DNA of 32,000 nucleotides from an uncultured Opitutales bacterium (GCA_934660865.1 CAKUIA010000002.1:157893-189892); one strand, 5' to 3'; positions 9,300-19,490 are shown, counted from the stretch's first letter. Notes: generated by a model from the sequence alone, not told the origin. Made by a program: numbers and translations.

Positions 9300-9975
9300 C
9301 TTTGTACTAGAATGTTCGGACATACGAAAATCCTTTAAAAGCCCCGACAAGTCGAACATAGAGGTTTTAAGGGGTATAAACTTTGCAATACGACAGGGCG
9401 AAAGCGTAAGCCTAAGGGGCGAAAGCGGAGCGGGCAAAACCACGCTTTTAAACATTGCCGCCGCCCTGGAACAGCCCACAAGCGGCGCCGTTATGTGGAA
9501 CGGGCAAAGAATAGACAATTTGGGCAACTCCAAACAAAGCGCGCTGCGAAGCCGCTTTATGGCCTTTGTGTTCCAGTCGTACTGCCTTATTCCCGAGCTA
9601 AACGCGCTTGAAAACGTGCTTATTGCCCCGAGAATTGCGAATCTCTACAACAAGCATTCAAAAGAAAGGGCCTTGGCTCTTTTGGAAAAAGTTGGGCTTA
9701 AAGACAGAATCAGGCACACGCCCGCAATGCTTTCGGGCGGCGAAAGGCAAAGGGTTGCCATTGCCCGCGCCCTTATGAACGCCCCAAAGCTTATCATGGC
9801 CGACGAGCCTACGGGCAACCTCGACGAAAAAACGGCGGCAATCATAAACGAAATGTTTTTGGAATTGTGCAAAAACGACAATGTTTCGCTTTTGCTTATA
9901 ACGCACAATTCCGCGTTCGCAAAAATGGCCGACAAACAGCTGCTGTTAAAAGACGGCACAATTTGCAATGGATAG
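9292..9975 (+). CDS. lolD: ABC transporter ATP-binding protein, LolD/MacB-ATPase type
   Basis: It has Walker [10 protein letters not shown], signature [14 protein letters not shown] and Walker [13 protein letters not shown]. The ATG at 9292 overlaps the permease stop by 8 nt (ATGAATAG). The longer ORF start at 9211 lies inside the permease gene. Confidence 0.8.
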   Translation: MNSFVLECSDIRKSFKSPDKSNIEVLRGINFAIRQGESVSLRGESGAGKTTLLNIAAALEQPTSGAVMWNGQRIDNLGNSKQSALRSRFMAFVFQSYCLIPELNALENVLIAPRIANLYNKHSKERALALLEKVGLKDRIRHTPAMLSGGERQRVAIARALMNAPKLIMADEPTGNLDEKTAAIINEMFLELCKNDNVSLLLITHNSAFAKMADKQLLLKDGTICNG

Positions 9976-12100
9976 CGCGCAAAGCAGAATACTGGAGCTT
10001 AGAAAGCTGCTCGAAAAATACGAGAGGGCCTACCGCATAGACAACGCGCCCCTTATAAGCGACATAGAATACGACGCGCTTATGCACGAGCTTGTAAGGC
10101 TCGAAAAGGTTTTCCCGCAATACGACTCGCCGGATTCCATAAGCAAGCGGGTTGGCAGCGACTTGGGCGACGATTTCGAAAAGGTAAAGCACCTTTCGCC
10201 AATGCTTAGCCTGGACAATGTATTTAACATTCAGGAATTGCGCGAATTCGACAGCCGCCTGAAAAAGGCGCTGCAAATAGACGAAACCAAAGAGCTTGAA
10301 TATAACATAGAGCCAAAGATAGACGGGGCGGGAATTTCGCTTGTATACAAAGACGGCGTTTTGCTTAGGGCGCTTACGCGCGGCGACGGCGAAACGGGCG
10401 AAGACATAACCGAAAACATAGGCATTATAAGGGGCATAACCGAGGTTTTAAACACGCCCACCCCGCCACGGCTTTTGGAAATAAGGGGCGAAGTTTACAT
10501 GACCCGCGCCGAATTTGAAAGGCTTTGCGCCGAAAAGGAGGCTAAAAACGCGGCAAAAAAGCAAAAGGCGCAAAGCGACCTTTTCGGCCAGCAGCTAGAC
10601 AATGCCGCTGCGGAAAAACCGCAAAAACGGGCCTATGCAAACCCGCGCAACCTTGCTGCGGGCACAATGAAGCTGCTCGACAAAACGCAGCTTGAAAAAC
10701 GCGAGCTGCAATCGGTTTTCTACTTTATAGCCAAATCCGACGGCTTTGAGCTGGACTGCCAAAGCTCGCTGGCGGGCACGTTGAAAGGCTGGGGCTTAAG
10801 CCCCCTTTTGTGGAGCCAAAAGGCGACGGGCGTAGACGCGGCCTACCAAGCCATAATGCAGCTCGACGAAATAAGGGCAAAATTCCCCTTCGATACGGAC
10901 GGCGCTGTTATAAAGCTTAACGACTGCTCTTTGTGGCAAAAGGCGGGCTTTACGGCAAAGTCGCCCCGCTGGGCAACCGCGTGGAAATATAAAAGCCAAA
11001 GGGCCATAACGACTTTAAAAAAGATAACATTGCAAGTCGGCAGAACGGGCGCAATTACGCCGGTTGCCGAGCTTGAAAGCGTGTTCCTTTCGGGAAGCAC
11101 GGTTTCGAGGGCTACGCTGCACAATGCCGACGAGCTTGCCAGAAAAGACATACGCGAGGGCGACAAGGTTTTAATAGAAAAGGCGGGCGAAATTATACCC
11201 GCTGTAATAGAGGTTGTAGACAAAAATTTGCGCGGCGCAAATTCGCGGCCCTTCAAGTTCCCCGAATACTGCCCCGTGTGCAACACAAAGCTTGTGCGCG
11301 ACCAGGGACAGGCGGTGTGGCGCTGCCCCAATTTCTTTTGCCCCGACAGGATAAAGCGCGCGCTGGAGCACTTTGCCTCGCGCGATTGCATGGATATAGA
11401 GGGCCTTGGCGGCGCCGTTGTAGAAAAGCTGGTTTCCGCCGACTTGGTAAAGTTTCCCTCCGACATTTATTCGCTTAAAAAAAGCGACCTGCTCGGGCTG
11501 GACAACATAAAGGAAAAGAGCGCGCAAAACCTTATAAACGCAATAGAGCAAAGCAAAAACAGGGATCTGCCGCGCCTGCTTTTCGCCATAGGCATTTTCA
11601 ATATCGGCGAAAAAACCGCAAAAGATTTGGCGGCAAAATTCGGCTCGCTGGACAACATAAAAAACGCCACAAAGGAAGAGCTTTTGGCTGTCGACGGCGT
11701 AGGCGAAGTTCTTGTAGATTCGATTACCGCGTTTTTTGCCGACCCGCACAATTTGGAGCAGATAGAAAAGCTGCGGACGGCGAACGTAAACTTTTTAAAC
11801 CGCACAAAGCCCGTTTTAGACACCTTTAAGGGAAGCACTTTTGTGCTTACGGGAACACTGCAAAGCATGCAGCGAAGCAGGGCAAAAGCCCTTATAGAAA
11901 GTTTGGGGGGCAAAGTTTCGGCAAGCGTTTCGGCAAAAACTTCGTATGTGGTTTGCGGCGAAAATTCGGGCTCCAAAAAAACCGAAGCGGAAAAACTGGG
12001 AGTAAAAATTCTAGGCGAGGCAGAATTCCTTAAAATGGCCGATTTCGATCCCGAAAAAGAAAGCCCCGACAACAACCAACAAATGCTTTTCGACCTATGA
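9968..12100 (+). CDS. ligA: NAD-dependent DNA ligase
   Basis: It carries the adenylation motif [11 protein letters not shown], the Zn finger [25 protein letters not shown], HhH repeats and a C-terminal BRCT (TFVLTGTL..). The start overlaps the lolD stop by 8 nt (ATGGATAG). Confidence 0.95.
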   Translation: MDSAQSRILELRKLLEKYERAYRIDNAPLISDIEYDALMHELVRLEKVFPQYDSPDSISKRVGSDLGDDFEKVKHLSPMLSLDNVFNIQELREFDSRLKKALQIDETKELEYNIEPKIDGAGISLVYKDGVLLRALTRGDGETGEDITENIGIIRGITEVLNTPTPPRLLEIRGEVYMTRAEFERLCAEKEAKNAAKKQKAQSDLFGQQLDNAAAEKPQKRAYANPRNLAAGTMKLLDKTQLEKRELQSVFYFIAKSDGFELDCQSSLAGTLKGWGLSPLLWSQKATGVDAAYQAIMQLDEIRAKFPFDTDGAVIKLNDCSLWQKAGFTAKSPRWATAWKYKSQRAITTLKKITLQVGRTGAITPVAELESVFLSGSTVSRATLHNADELARKDIREGDKVLIEKAGEIIPAVIEVVDKNLRGANSRPFKFPEYCPVCNTKLVRDQGQAVWRCPNFFCPDRIKRALEHFASRDCMDIEGLGGAVVEKLVSADLVKFPSDIYSLKKSDLLGLDNIKEKSAQNLINAIEQSKNRDLPRLLFAIGIFNIGEKTAKDLAAKFGSLDNIKNATKEELLAVDGVGEVLVDSITAFFADPHNLEQIEKLRTANVNFLNRTKPVLDTFKGSTFVLTGTLQSMQRSRAKALIESLGGKVSASVSAKTSYVVCGENSGSKKTEAEKLGVKILGEAEFLKMADFDPEKESPDNNQQMLFDL

Positions 12101-13887
12101 AGCCCCCCGAAATAAGGAAGCTGGACAGCGTTTTAATAAGCAAAATCGCGGCGGGCGAGGTTGTAGAAAGACCCGCTTCGGCGGTAAAAGAGCTTGTGGA
12201 AAACGCCATAGACGCAAAGGCGACAAAAATAGACATAGATTTTAAAAGCGGCGGCAAAGCCTACATAAGGGTTGCCGACAACGGCTGCGGAATGACAAAA
12301 GAGCAGGCTTTAATGAGCCTTGAGCAGCACGCGACAAGCAAAATTTTTACCGCGCAGGACCTAAACGAAATAAAAAGCTACGGATTTAGGGGCGAGGCCG
12401 TTCCCTCCATTGCCGCGGTTTCGCAATTTACAATAAAAACGCGCCCCGAAAATTCGGTGGCGGGCACCGAAATTTTCGTAAACGGAGGCAAGCTTGAATA
12501 TTGCAGGGAATGCGGAACGTCTTTCGGCACCGAAATTACCGCGGCAAACCTGTTTTGCTCGGTTCCCGCCCGCCGCAAATTCCTTAAAAGCGACAACACC
12601 GAGGCAATGCAAATTGTAAGGCTGTGCAAAAGCTACGCGCTGGCTTTGCCCGAAATTTCGTTTACGCTTAGGGAAAACGCAAAAACGGTTTTTAAATCGT
12701 CAAAGGGCTTCGGCCTTATAGACGCAGTCGAAAAAATATACGGGCGCGAGCTTTCCGAAAAATTAACCGAACTCCCCCCCGAACAAAGGGGAGCTTTGAA
12801 AATATACGGGGCGATTTCGAAGCCCGAATTTTCGTTTGCAACAAGCCGCAACATATACGCCTTTATAAACAACCGCCCCGTAGAGTCTAAAACGGTGTTT
12901 TTCGCGCTAAAAGAGGCGTATGCGCCGTTTATACCGCAGGGCAAATATGCGGGCGGCTTTTTGTTTATAGAAATAGACCCAAAGCTTGTAGACGTAAACG
13001 TGCACCCCGCAAAGCGCGAAGTGCGCTTTAACGACGAGCGCCTTGTGCGCGACTTTCTGTGCGAATGTGTCTCTAAAAAAATAGAGTTGCTGGCAAACCC
13101 CTTTGCCGGAAAAAAAGAGGAAAGCGCCGCGTTAAGGCCCGAAATTTTCCCCGCAATTTTCCCGTCGCGCGAAGGGCCCAAAAACATCGAATATGTGCGC
13201 CCGTTGCAGGTAAACGACTGCGTTGCAGCCAAAATTTTGCCCGCAAAAGCCGAAGTTTTAGGCGGCGACAACAACGCCGCTTCGCAAAAATCGACCGCGC
13301 CCGAAAGCGCGCAAAGCGCCCTGCCCGACTGGCAGTTTATGGGCTCTTTCGAAAACTATGTATTTTTTAAGGCGGGCGATTCGGTAAAAATTTTAGACGC
13401 TGTAGGTGCCAAAAAACGCATTGTTTTCGACAGCATTATAGATTCGCTTGAAAGCGGGGCAAAGCGCCCCGCGCAAACGCTTTTGCTGCCTCTTTGCCTG
13501 CAGCTTGACAGACTCGATTCGGAAATTTTACGGAACAACCTCGGGCAATTTTCGGCCTGCGGCTTCGAGATAGAGGAATTCGGCAAAAACTTTTTCAGGA
13601 TTTTAACGCTGCCGCAGTGGGCGGAAATTTCGCAGGCCGAAGGCTTTGTAAAAGACTTTTTGGAGCTGAAAAAAACTTCGGCGCCGGCAAGGGCGGCCGA
13701 TATAAACTACGCCTTTGCAATGTCGGCGGCCCAGGCAGTGCGCGGCGCAAAAACTCCCGATTGCGCCGAAAGCGCAACGCAACTTTTAAGCGAACTTTTT
13801 AAATGCCAAAACGCTGCAAACGCCCCCGACGGCGCGTATATAATAAAGTCGGCCGACAAAAACTTTTTGGCGCGCCTTTTTAAGTAG
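12097..13887 (+). CDS. mutL: DNA mismatch repair protein MutL (GHKL ATPase N-terminus; the C-terminal endonuclease motifs appear degenerate)
   Basis: The N-terminus KIAAGEVVERPASAVKELVENAIDA and DNGCGM are canonical MutL/GHKL. There is a 4-nt ATGA overlap with ligA. See the finding on the C-terminal motifs. Confidence 0.9.
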   Translation: MKPPEIRKLDSVLISKIAAGEVVERPASAVKELVENAIDAKATKIDIDFKSGGKAYIRVADNGCGMTKEQALMSLEQHATSKIFTAQDLNEIKSYGFRGEAVPSIAAVSQFTIKTRPENSVAGTEIFVNGGKLEYCRECGTSFGTEITAANLFCSVPARRKFLKSDNTEAMQIVRLCKSYALALPEISFTLRENAKTVFKSSKGFGLIDAVEKIYGRELSEKLTELPPEQRGALKIYGAISKPEFSFATSRNIYAFINNRPVESKTVFFALKEAYAPFIPQGKYAGGFLFIEIDPKLVDVNVHPAKREVRFNDERLVRDFLCECVSKKIELLANPFAGKKEESAALRPEIFPAIFPSREGPKNIEYVRPLQVNDCVAAKILPAKAEVLGGDNNAASQKSTAPESAQSALPDWQFMGSFENYVFFKAGDSVKILDAVGAKKRIVFDSIIDSLESGAKRPAQTLLLPLCLQLDRLDSEILRNNLGQFSACGFEIEEFGKNFFRILTLPQWAEISQAEGFVKDFLELKKTSAPARAADINYAFAMSAAQAVRGAKTPDCAESATQLLSELFKCQNAANAPDGAYIIKSADKNFLARLFK

Positions 13888-13941
13888 CAAATCCTTCGGG
13901 CTTTGCGCGCAGGCAACCGCATTTTACGGCTAAAAAAACAT

Positions 13942-13970
13942 TTGCCTTAAATGCCAAGACGTTTAATAAT
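13942..13970 (+). promoter_or_regulatory. Candidate sigma70-type promoter for lysS
   Basis: TTGCCT (13942-13947) is followed by a 16-17 nt spacer and TAATAAT (13964-13970), about 22 nt upstream of the lysS ATG. This is a pattern match only. Confidence 0.3.
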
Positions 13971-13991
13971 GGCCTAAATTTTTATTTAATA

Positions 13992-15548
13992 ATGAACGAA
14001 GACCACAACAAAACAATTCAAGAAAACAGCCACGACCTTTTTGCCGTACGCAAGGCAAAGCTAGACGCAATGCGCGCCCGCGGCGAAGACCCATTTAGGA
14101 ACGAATGGCCGCAAACGCACACCTCCGAGCAGGCGCTGGCGTTGTTTAACGAAGAAACCCAAAGCGGCCCCGAAGTTTCGCTTGCCGGGCGCATTATGCT
14201 TTTCAGGCTTATGGGTAAAGCCAGCTTCATTAAAATTCAAGACCGCAAGGGAATAATACAGCTGTATTTCTCGCGCGACAACCTGCCCGAAGGCAAGTAT
14301 AACGACCAGTTTAAAAAAGACATAGACGTAGGCGACATCATAGGCGTAAAGGGCGAATTGTTTAAGACAAAGACGGGCGAAATTACCGTTAGGGTGCACG
14401 ACTATAAAATGCTCAGCAAAGCATTGCGCCCCCTGCCCGAAAAATGGCACGGCCTTACCGACGACGACCAAATATACCGCCAGCGCTACCTAGACCTTAT
14501 CACTAACCAGGAGTCGAAACTAAGGTTTATGCTGCGCTCGAAAATAATCAAGGAAATAAGGCAGTTTTTGTGGGAGAGGGATTTCTGCGAAGTTGAAACC
14601 CCAATTTTGCACTCGGTTGCCGGCGGGGCTGCGGCAAAGCCTTTTGTAACGTATATGAACGCGCTAGACTCTTTGTTCTTCCTTAGAATTGCGCCCGAGC
14701 TTTATCTAAAAAGAATGCTTGTAGGCGGTTTTGAAAGGGTATTCGAACTTAGCAGGGTATTCCGCAACGAAGGCGTAGACCGCAAACACAACCCCGAATT
14801 TACAATGCTGGAAGTCTACCAGGCCTACTCCAACCACGAGGGCATGATGGAACTTTTTAAGTCCATGATTCAGCGCATATGCAAAAACATTTTGGGCACA
14901 ACTTCCATAAAGCGCCCCGACGGCCAAGTTATAGAGCTTGGCGGCGAATGGCGCCAGGCCGACTATAAAGACCTTATTATTGAAACTACAAAAGACCCGA
15001 ACTGGTTTTCGAGAACAAGGGAGGAAAAACTTGCCTATTGCGACGCGCAAAAAATAGAGATTAAAAACCGCGACAACGCCGAAGACTACGAAGTTACAAA
15101 CGCAGTTTACAGCAAGCAAATAGAGCCTTTCCTGGTTCAGCCTACTTTTGTTATGCACATTCAAAAAGAGCTTTGCCCGCTGGCCAAAATCAACCAGAAA
15201 GACACGGGCGTGCTCGACGTTTTCGAGCTTTGCATAAACGGACAGGAAATTGCCCCCGCCTACTCCGAGCAAAACGACTCTATTATACAGCGTCAAATGC
15301 TCGAAGCGCAAATAGGCGAAGAAGTGCAAAAGCTGGACGAAGACTTTTTGGTTGCAATGGAGCACGGCATGCCCCCCGCGGGCGGCATGGGCGTGGGCAT
15401 AGACAGGCTTGTAATGCTGCTTACCAGCGCCGAAAACATACGCGACACCGTATTGTTCCCAAGCCTTAAGAATATGACGAAAGACGCCGAAGACTCAAAA
15501 GAGGGCGTTCTTTTAAAGTCTTTCCAAAACTATTCTAAAGAGCAGTAG
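13992..15548 (+). CDS. lysS: Lysine--tRNA ligase, class II
   Basis: An N-terminal OB anticodon-binding domain precedes the class II motifs (FCEVETPIL, RVFRNEGVDRKHNPEFTMLEVYQAY, GMPPAGGMGVGIDRLVMLL). Confidence 0.95.
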   Translation: MNEDHNKTIQENSHDLFAVRKAKLDAMRARGEDPFRNEWPQTHTSEQALALFNEETQSGPEVSLAGRIMLFRLMGKASFIKIQDRKGIIQLYFSRDNLPEGKYNDQFKKDIDVGDIIGVKGELFKTKTGEITVRVHDYKMLSKALRPLPEKWHGLTDDDQIYRQRYLDLITNQESKLRFMLRSKIIKEIRQFLWERDFCEVETPILHSVAGGAAAKPFVTYMNALDSLFFLRIAPELYLKRMLVGGFERVFELSRVFRNEGVDRKHNPEFTMLEVYQAYSNHEGMMELFKSMIQRICKNILGTTSIKRPDGQVIELGGEWRQADYKDLIIETTKDPNWFSRTREEKLAYCDAQKIEIKNRDNAEDYEVTNAVYSKQIEPFLVQPTFVMHIQKELCPLAKINQKDTGVLDVFELCINGQEIAPAYSEQNDSIIQRQMLEAQIGEEVQKLDEDFLVAMEHGMPPAGGMGVGIDRLVMLLTSAENIRDTVLFPSLKNMTKDAEDSKEGVLLKSFQNYSKEQ

Positions 15549-15570
15549 CATAACATTCTGCAAAAAACGC

Positions 15571-15602
15571 AAAAAACTTCGGCATTTGTCCGAAGTTTTT
15601 TT
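15571..15602. terminator. Bidirectional rho-independent terminator between convergent lysS and the porin gene
   Basis: AAAAAACTTCGG (15571-15582) pairs with CCGAAGTTTTTT (15590-15601) around a 7-nt loop. The A and T arms allow it to function on both strands. Confidence 0.65.
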
Positions 15603-15638
15603 GTGCCCGAAATTTCGGGAATAAAAATTTATTTTCGC

Positions 15639-16949
15639 CTAAAACATTACCTGCAGCTGGCCTATAACTATGTCCGACGACGCCGAGCCTTTGTCTACCC
15701 CCAGCGGCGAGTCTTGGAAATCCAAATGCTCTATGCCCATTGCATATTTTAGGTATCTGCCGCGTATGTACCAATTTACGCCCGCATAATACGCATGGGC
15801 TTTGTTGAACAAACCGCCGGCATTCGGCGATTTGTAGAAAACGTCGCATTCCCTAACGCCTTTGCCGTCGGTATTTAAGTAGGTATATCTAAAAATAGGT
15901 TCCAGTTTGCCAAGCTTGCCTAAATCGAATAACTTGTAGGCAACCATTGCGCTAAAGCCGTGAGGGTCGGCATACCCCGAGGCGGTTGTATAGGTGGGGA
16001 CTAAGTCGGACTTTGTTTTGCCGTATTGAACTTTTGCCATCATATATTCAAGCTGCACGGTAAGCTTTTCGGTTGCCAACCTAAAATAGGGGTCTATGCC
16101 GTAAAGGTCGCCGCAATCTACAATATCGCTCGGCAACGACGCCCCGCCCGCTATTGCCGAAACGCTTTTTGTCGAATAGCCGAAGTTGCTGCCGAATTTT
16201 ACGGTAAAATCTTCAAACTTCTTTTCGTAGCCGAGCATAAGCCAAACAATAACACCGTTGTCGCGCCTGATATCTATGGCGTCGGTTTTCGAATTTGAAA
16301 GGCCAAGCTGATACACATATTCCTTGTGCGTAGGCAAATAGCCGTCGAAATATATGCCCGGGTGGCTGCCCGAAAAGCCGAGCGACGTTCCGTAGGCCGT
16401 TTTGCGGTAGCCGTCTATGCCGCCGTCGCCCCCGCCGAAATACAGGCACAAAATGTTTCTGTCGGGCGTAAAAAGGTTTGTACAGCTGTCGGGCTCTTCC
16501 ATCGAAAAGTTCGGCCCCAAAAAGCCCGCCTTAAAAGTTCCGCAAACATATTCGCTTTCCAAATTGTAGGTTGCAAAAGCGCTGTTTATGGGCATGTCGC
16601 TGGGCAAATATACGGCCACAAACACGCTGGTATTTTCGGTTGGGTTTGCAATAAAAACAGGCAGCAGCCTTCGTATGTCGAAGCGCGACTGGCTTGAATT
16701 TGCCGCGTTAAAATAGGTGTGCTGCGCGTAGGTATAGCGGTTTTGCAGAATAAGAAAGGTTCTAAGGCGCGGCTCGGACTGCGGCAACAATAGCTCTATA
16801 GACGAGCTTTCCTTCTTCACGGCGTCGGCGTCCATCTTCGAAATTACGCCCGTTTCCGACAGGGCGTCTAAAAAGCGTGCGTTAATGGCTCCCTTTGCAA
16901 ACGCCAAAGGGCAAACCATTAAAAAAACTACCGCAAAAAAGCCGCGCAT
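15639..16949 (-). CDS. Putative outer-membrane beta-barrel porin (phosphate-selective porin O/P-like)
   Basis: It has the signal peptide MRGFFAVVFLMVCPLAFA and an alternating amphipathic, aromatic-rich sequence. The C-terminus ends in Phe (QLQVMF), typical of OMP barrels, and YYAGVNWYIRGRYLKY resembles the OprO/P family. The family call was made by eye. Confidence 0.55.
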   Translation of the reverse strand: MRGFFAVVFLMVCPLAFAKGAINARFLDALSETGVISKMDADAVKKESSSIELLLPQSEPRLRTFLILQNRYTYAQHTYFNAANSSQSRFDIRRLLPVFIANPTENTSVFVAVYLPSDMPINSAFATYNLESEYVCGTFKAGFLGPNFSMEEPDSCTNLFTPDRNILCLYFGGGDGGIDGYRKTAYGTSLGFSGSHPGIYFDGYLPTHKEYVYQLGLSNSKTDAIDIRRDNGVIVWLMLGYEKKFEDFTVKFGSNFGYSTKSVSAIAGGASLPSDIVDCGDLYGIDPYFRLATEKLTVQLEYMMAKVQYGKTKSDLVPTYTTASGYADPHGFSAMVAYKLFDLGKLGKLEPIFRYTYLNTDGKGVRECDVFYKSPNAGGLFNKAHAYYAGVNWYIRGRYLKYAMGIEHLDFQDSPLGVDKGSASSDIVIGQLQVMF

Positions 16950-16957
16950 TCAAAATA

Positions 16958-18400
16958 TTATTTCAACTGGCTATTGTTGAAAAATACCGGCGCTTTGCAA
17001 TCTTTAAGAGATATAAATTCTTTAAAACCCGCGGGCTTGTAGGTGCTGTTTATTATGCGCAGGTTCGAAACGTTGTCGGCAACAAAGGGGCTTCGAATGT
17101 CGTTGCCGTTCCAATAGCCAATGCAAACGTTGTTAAAGGTAATGTTGTTGGCGTTTCTTACATAAAACGCGCTGGAAGGCAATATGCAGCCGAACACCCT
17201 CGGCCCGGGAAAGCCCTTTTCGGGGTCTTTTACATCGCGGGATTGCTCTTTTTGCAGCTTTTCCAGCGGCGCGCCGCCCTTGGCTTGAAGCGTAAAATCG
17301 CTTATGGAAATGTTTTCCAAAATATGCCCCGGCGTTGCGGTAATCGAATTGCTAATCCAGCTTTCGGCCTTTGCGGTTATGCCCGAAATTTTCACGTTTC
17401 GTATGGCGCTTTTCGGGTTGCCCTTAACGCCGCGGTTGCGGTGCCCCACCCTTATGCAAAGCGGAACGTGCATATCCATAACAACCAGGTTCGAAATATT
17501 TACGTTTTCTATAACGGCCCCGTCTACCGAAGAAATGTTTATGCCGCAACCGCCGTTTATGCCCTCCGAAACGCCAAAAGTTTTTGGCCAGTGCTTGCGC
17601 GACTCGTAAACAATGGCTCTTTCGGCGCATTTTTTAATTATGCAGTTGCTTATTGTTATGTTTTTAAAATTGCCCAATGTTTCGGTGCCCGTTTTTACCG
17701 AGCTTGCGCACGACGATATAAGGCAGTTTGTTATTGTAACGTTTTCTACAACCGAGTCGGCATTAAGTGTTTTTAGCACAATGGCGTCGTCGAAAGTATC
17801 TATAACGCAGTCGGAAATCACCACATTTTCGGATTCTATGTCTATGCCGTCGTTATTGTAATTTGCATGGGCGTAGATATTTAGCTTGCTTATCTTAACG
17901 CCGTTGCACTGCAAAAGGTAGAATGTCCAATAGGCGGGGCTAGTAAGGCGCACATTTTCCACCAAAACGTTTTTGCATTTTTTAAGCAAAATAAGGCGCG
18001 GTCGGTTTGGGGCTTCGTCGCCTATTTCAAATTCGCCGCCCGAACCGTCTATTGTGCCAAGCCCCGTTATGCCTATGTTGCTTGCGTTTTCGCCCCTGAT
18101 AAGGGCCACATTGTATTCGCTGCTTTTATGGCCTTTTAAAACTACGCCGCGCGGCAGATTAAGCATTACATTGTCTTTTAAAAATATGCTTTGCGTGCGG
18201 TATGTGCCAAGCTTGTCGAACAACACTTCGCCGCCGCCCGTTGCACTGCATTTGTCTATTGCGTCTTGTATCTGCTTGGTGTTTATAAACTTGCCGTCGC
18301 CAACCGCACCAAAGTCCGAAACTTTTACATTGTCTGCCCAAGCCACATTTGCCAAAAGTGCGGCAAAAACCGCGCTAAATATAAATCTTATCTTTCCCAT
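16958..18400 (-). CDS. Secreted glycoside hydrolase family 28 protein (polygalacturonase/rhamnogalacturonase-like parallel beta-helix)
   Basis: It has the signal peptide MGKIRFIFSAVFAALLANVAWA and the N-terminal block VSDFGAVGDGKFINTKQIQDAIDKC. GH28-like catalytic blocks NNDGIDI and DTFDDAIVLKT are present. The stop is 8 nt from the porin start, so an operon is likely. Confidence 0.8.
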   Translation of the reverse strand: MGKIRFIFSAVFAALLANVAWADNVKVSDFGAVGDGKFINTKQIQDAIDKCSATGGGEVLFDKLGTYRTQSIFLKDNVMLNLPRGVVLKGHKSSEYNVALIRGENASNIGITGLGTIDGSGGEFEIGDEAPNRPRLILLKKCKNVLVENVRLTSPAYWTFYLLQCNGVKISKLNIYAHANYNNDGIDIESENVVISDCVIDTFDDAIVLKTLNADSVVENVTITNCLISSCASSVKTGTETLGNFKNITISNCIIKKCAERAIVYESRKHWPKTFGVSEGINGGCGINISSVDGAVIENVNISNLVVMDMHVPLCIRVGHRNRGVKGNPKSAIRNVKISGITAKAESWISNSITATPGHILENISISDFTLQAKGGAPLEKLQKEQSRDVKDPEKGFPGPRVFGCILPSSAFYVRNANNITFNNVCIGYWNGNDIRSPFVADNVSNLRIINSTYKPAGFKEFISLKDCKAPVFFNNSQLK

Positions 18401-18474
18401 TCTTTGCTATATTAATGTTAATGTATTCGTTGGCATATTTGCAAGCCGCCTGTTTTTAGGCAAGCAAAAATTGC

Positions 18475-19476
18475 CTAGTTGAAAAACTTTTCGGCTTCAA
18501 AGCGCGAAATGTTGCGCATATTAACATAGCGGCTTTTTAAAAGCATTTGGTTGCTGTGCCCCATATTTAGCTGCAGACGCGGCAGGTCTTTAAAGCGCTT
18601 GGCAAAAAAGCTGGCAAACGTGTGCCTAAGCACATCGGCTTGCCACGGCAATGCGTTGCGGCTAAAACCGCTGCTTTGCCTTATGTTTTGCCAACGGCGC
18701 TCCCAGTTTTTTGGGCATATTTTGCCCGAACCTATTGTTTTGCTTAAAATGCGCTTTAGCTGCGGCATAATTTCCACTTGGCGCACCCCGCCTGTTTTAG
18801 AACACAGCGAGCGCACAGTTATTGTGTTTTCCTGCAAATCAATATCTTGCCAAGTTAGCCGCCTAACTTCGCGCGGGCGTATTCCCGCATATATCAAAAG
18901 GGCAACGGCTGGCAGGCAAATGCCACCGCACTCGCTTTTTGCAACTTCTATAAGCCGCCTTATTTGGCTTAGTTTTAGCGGCAAAATTTCCTTTTCAATA
19001 ACGCGCCGTTTTTCGATGTGCTTTATGGGGTTTTTGTCGCACCAGTTGTAGCGCACTGCAAATTCAAATAGGGCGTGCAGCATACTCCTTGCCTTGTTTT
19101 GCTGGCTTGGTGTGCTAAAGGCGCAGCTTAGCCACGCTTCGCATTCCGACACACTAAGTTGCGAAAAATTGCGATTGGCAAGTTCGGAGTTGGCTTTAAT
19201 CAGCCTATTGCCTATGCAGCGAATGTCTCGCAAAGAGTCTTTGCGCAAGTGCTTTTTGCTTTCGTAATAAATTGCAAAACCCCGGTTAAAAGGCATTTCG
19301 TTTGCCCTTATGTTGCGAAGGCCAACTTCAATAACTTTTAAAACAAATTGCGCGTCGGTTAAATTGCAGTTTTTGGGCTTCGCGTCTAAAATATTTCTGA
19401 CAAATCTTGCCGCGTCTAACGCAGAAACATTTGCACCGTTTAACACCTCTTTTATCAATAGTTCCATTTTGTCCAT
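18475..19476 (-). CDS. Tyrosine site-specific recombinase (phage-integrase family)
   Basis: The C-terminal catalytic domain has Arg-I in LLIYAGIRPREVRRLTWQDI, the box II block DVLRHTFASFF, and GHSNQMLLKSRYVNM supplying His-III and the Tyr nucleophile. By hand alignment the usual His of HxxR is Asp. Sampled GC is host-like. The start codon (19476-19474) overlaps the left inverted repeat. Confidence 0.85.
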   Translation of the reverse strand: MDKMELLIKEVLNGANVSALDAARFVRNILDAKPKNCNLTDAQFVLKVIEVGLRNIRANEMPFNRGFAIYYESKKHLRKDSLRDIRCIGNRLIKANSELANRNFSQLSVSECEAWLSCAFSTPSQQNKARSMLHALFEFAVRYNWCDKNPIKHIEKRRVIEKEILPLKLSQIRRLIEVAKSECGGICLPAVALLIYAGIRPREVRRLTWQDIDLQENTITVRSLCSKTGGVRQVEIMPQLKRILSKTIGSGKICPKNWERRWQNIRQSSGFSRNALPWQADVLRHTFASFFAKRFKDLPRLQLNMGHSNQMLLKSRYVNMRNISRFEAEKFFN

Positions 19477-19490
19477 CGTATTTAAAATAC
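19475..19490. repeat. Left inverted repeat (IRL) ATCGTATTTAAAATAC
   Basis: It is the exact reverse complement of 19653-19668. It contains the near-palindrome CGTATTT-A-AAATACG. Confidence 0.9.

Noticed and set aside
13887-13906. A hairpin GCAAATCC-TTCG-GGCTTTGC overlapping the mutL stop, considered as a terminator.
   Set aside because: The stem has an internal mismatch and is not followed by a T-tract. lysS has its own promoter-like hexamers, but termination here is not supported.
13888-13991. A possible lysine riboswitch or T-box leader upstream of lysS.
   Set aside because: The leader is only about 100 nt, which is too short for an L-box or T-box. I see none of their conserved elements.
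18401-18474. An att-like or tRNA integration site at the left edge of the recombinase gene.
   Set aside because: I could find no tRNA-like sequence and no direct repeat shared with the right end of the window. The recombinase gene also has host-like GC, which argues against a recently integrated element.
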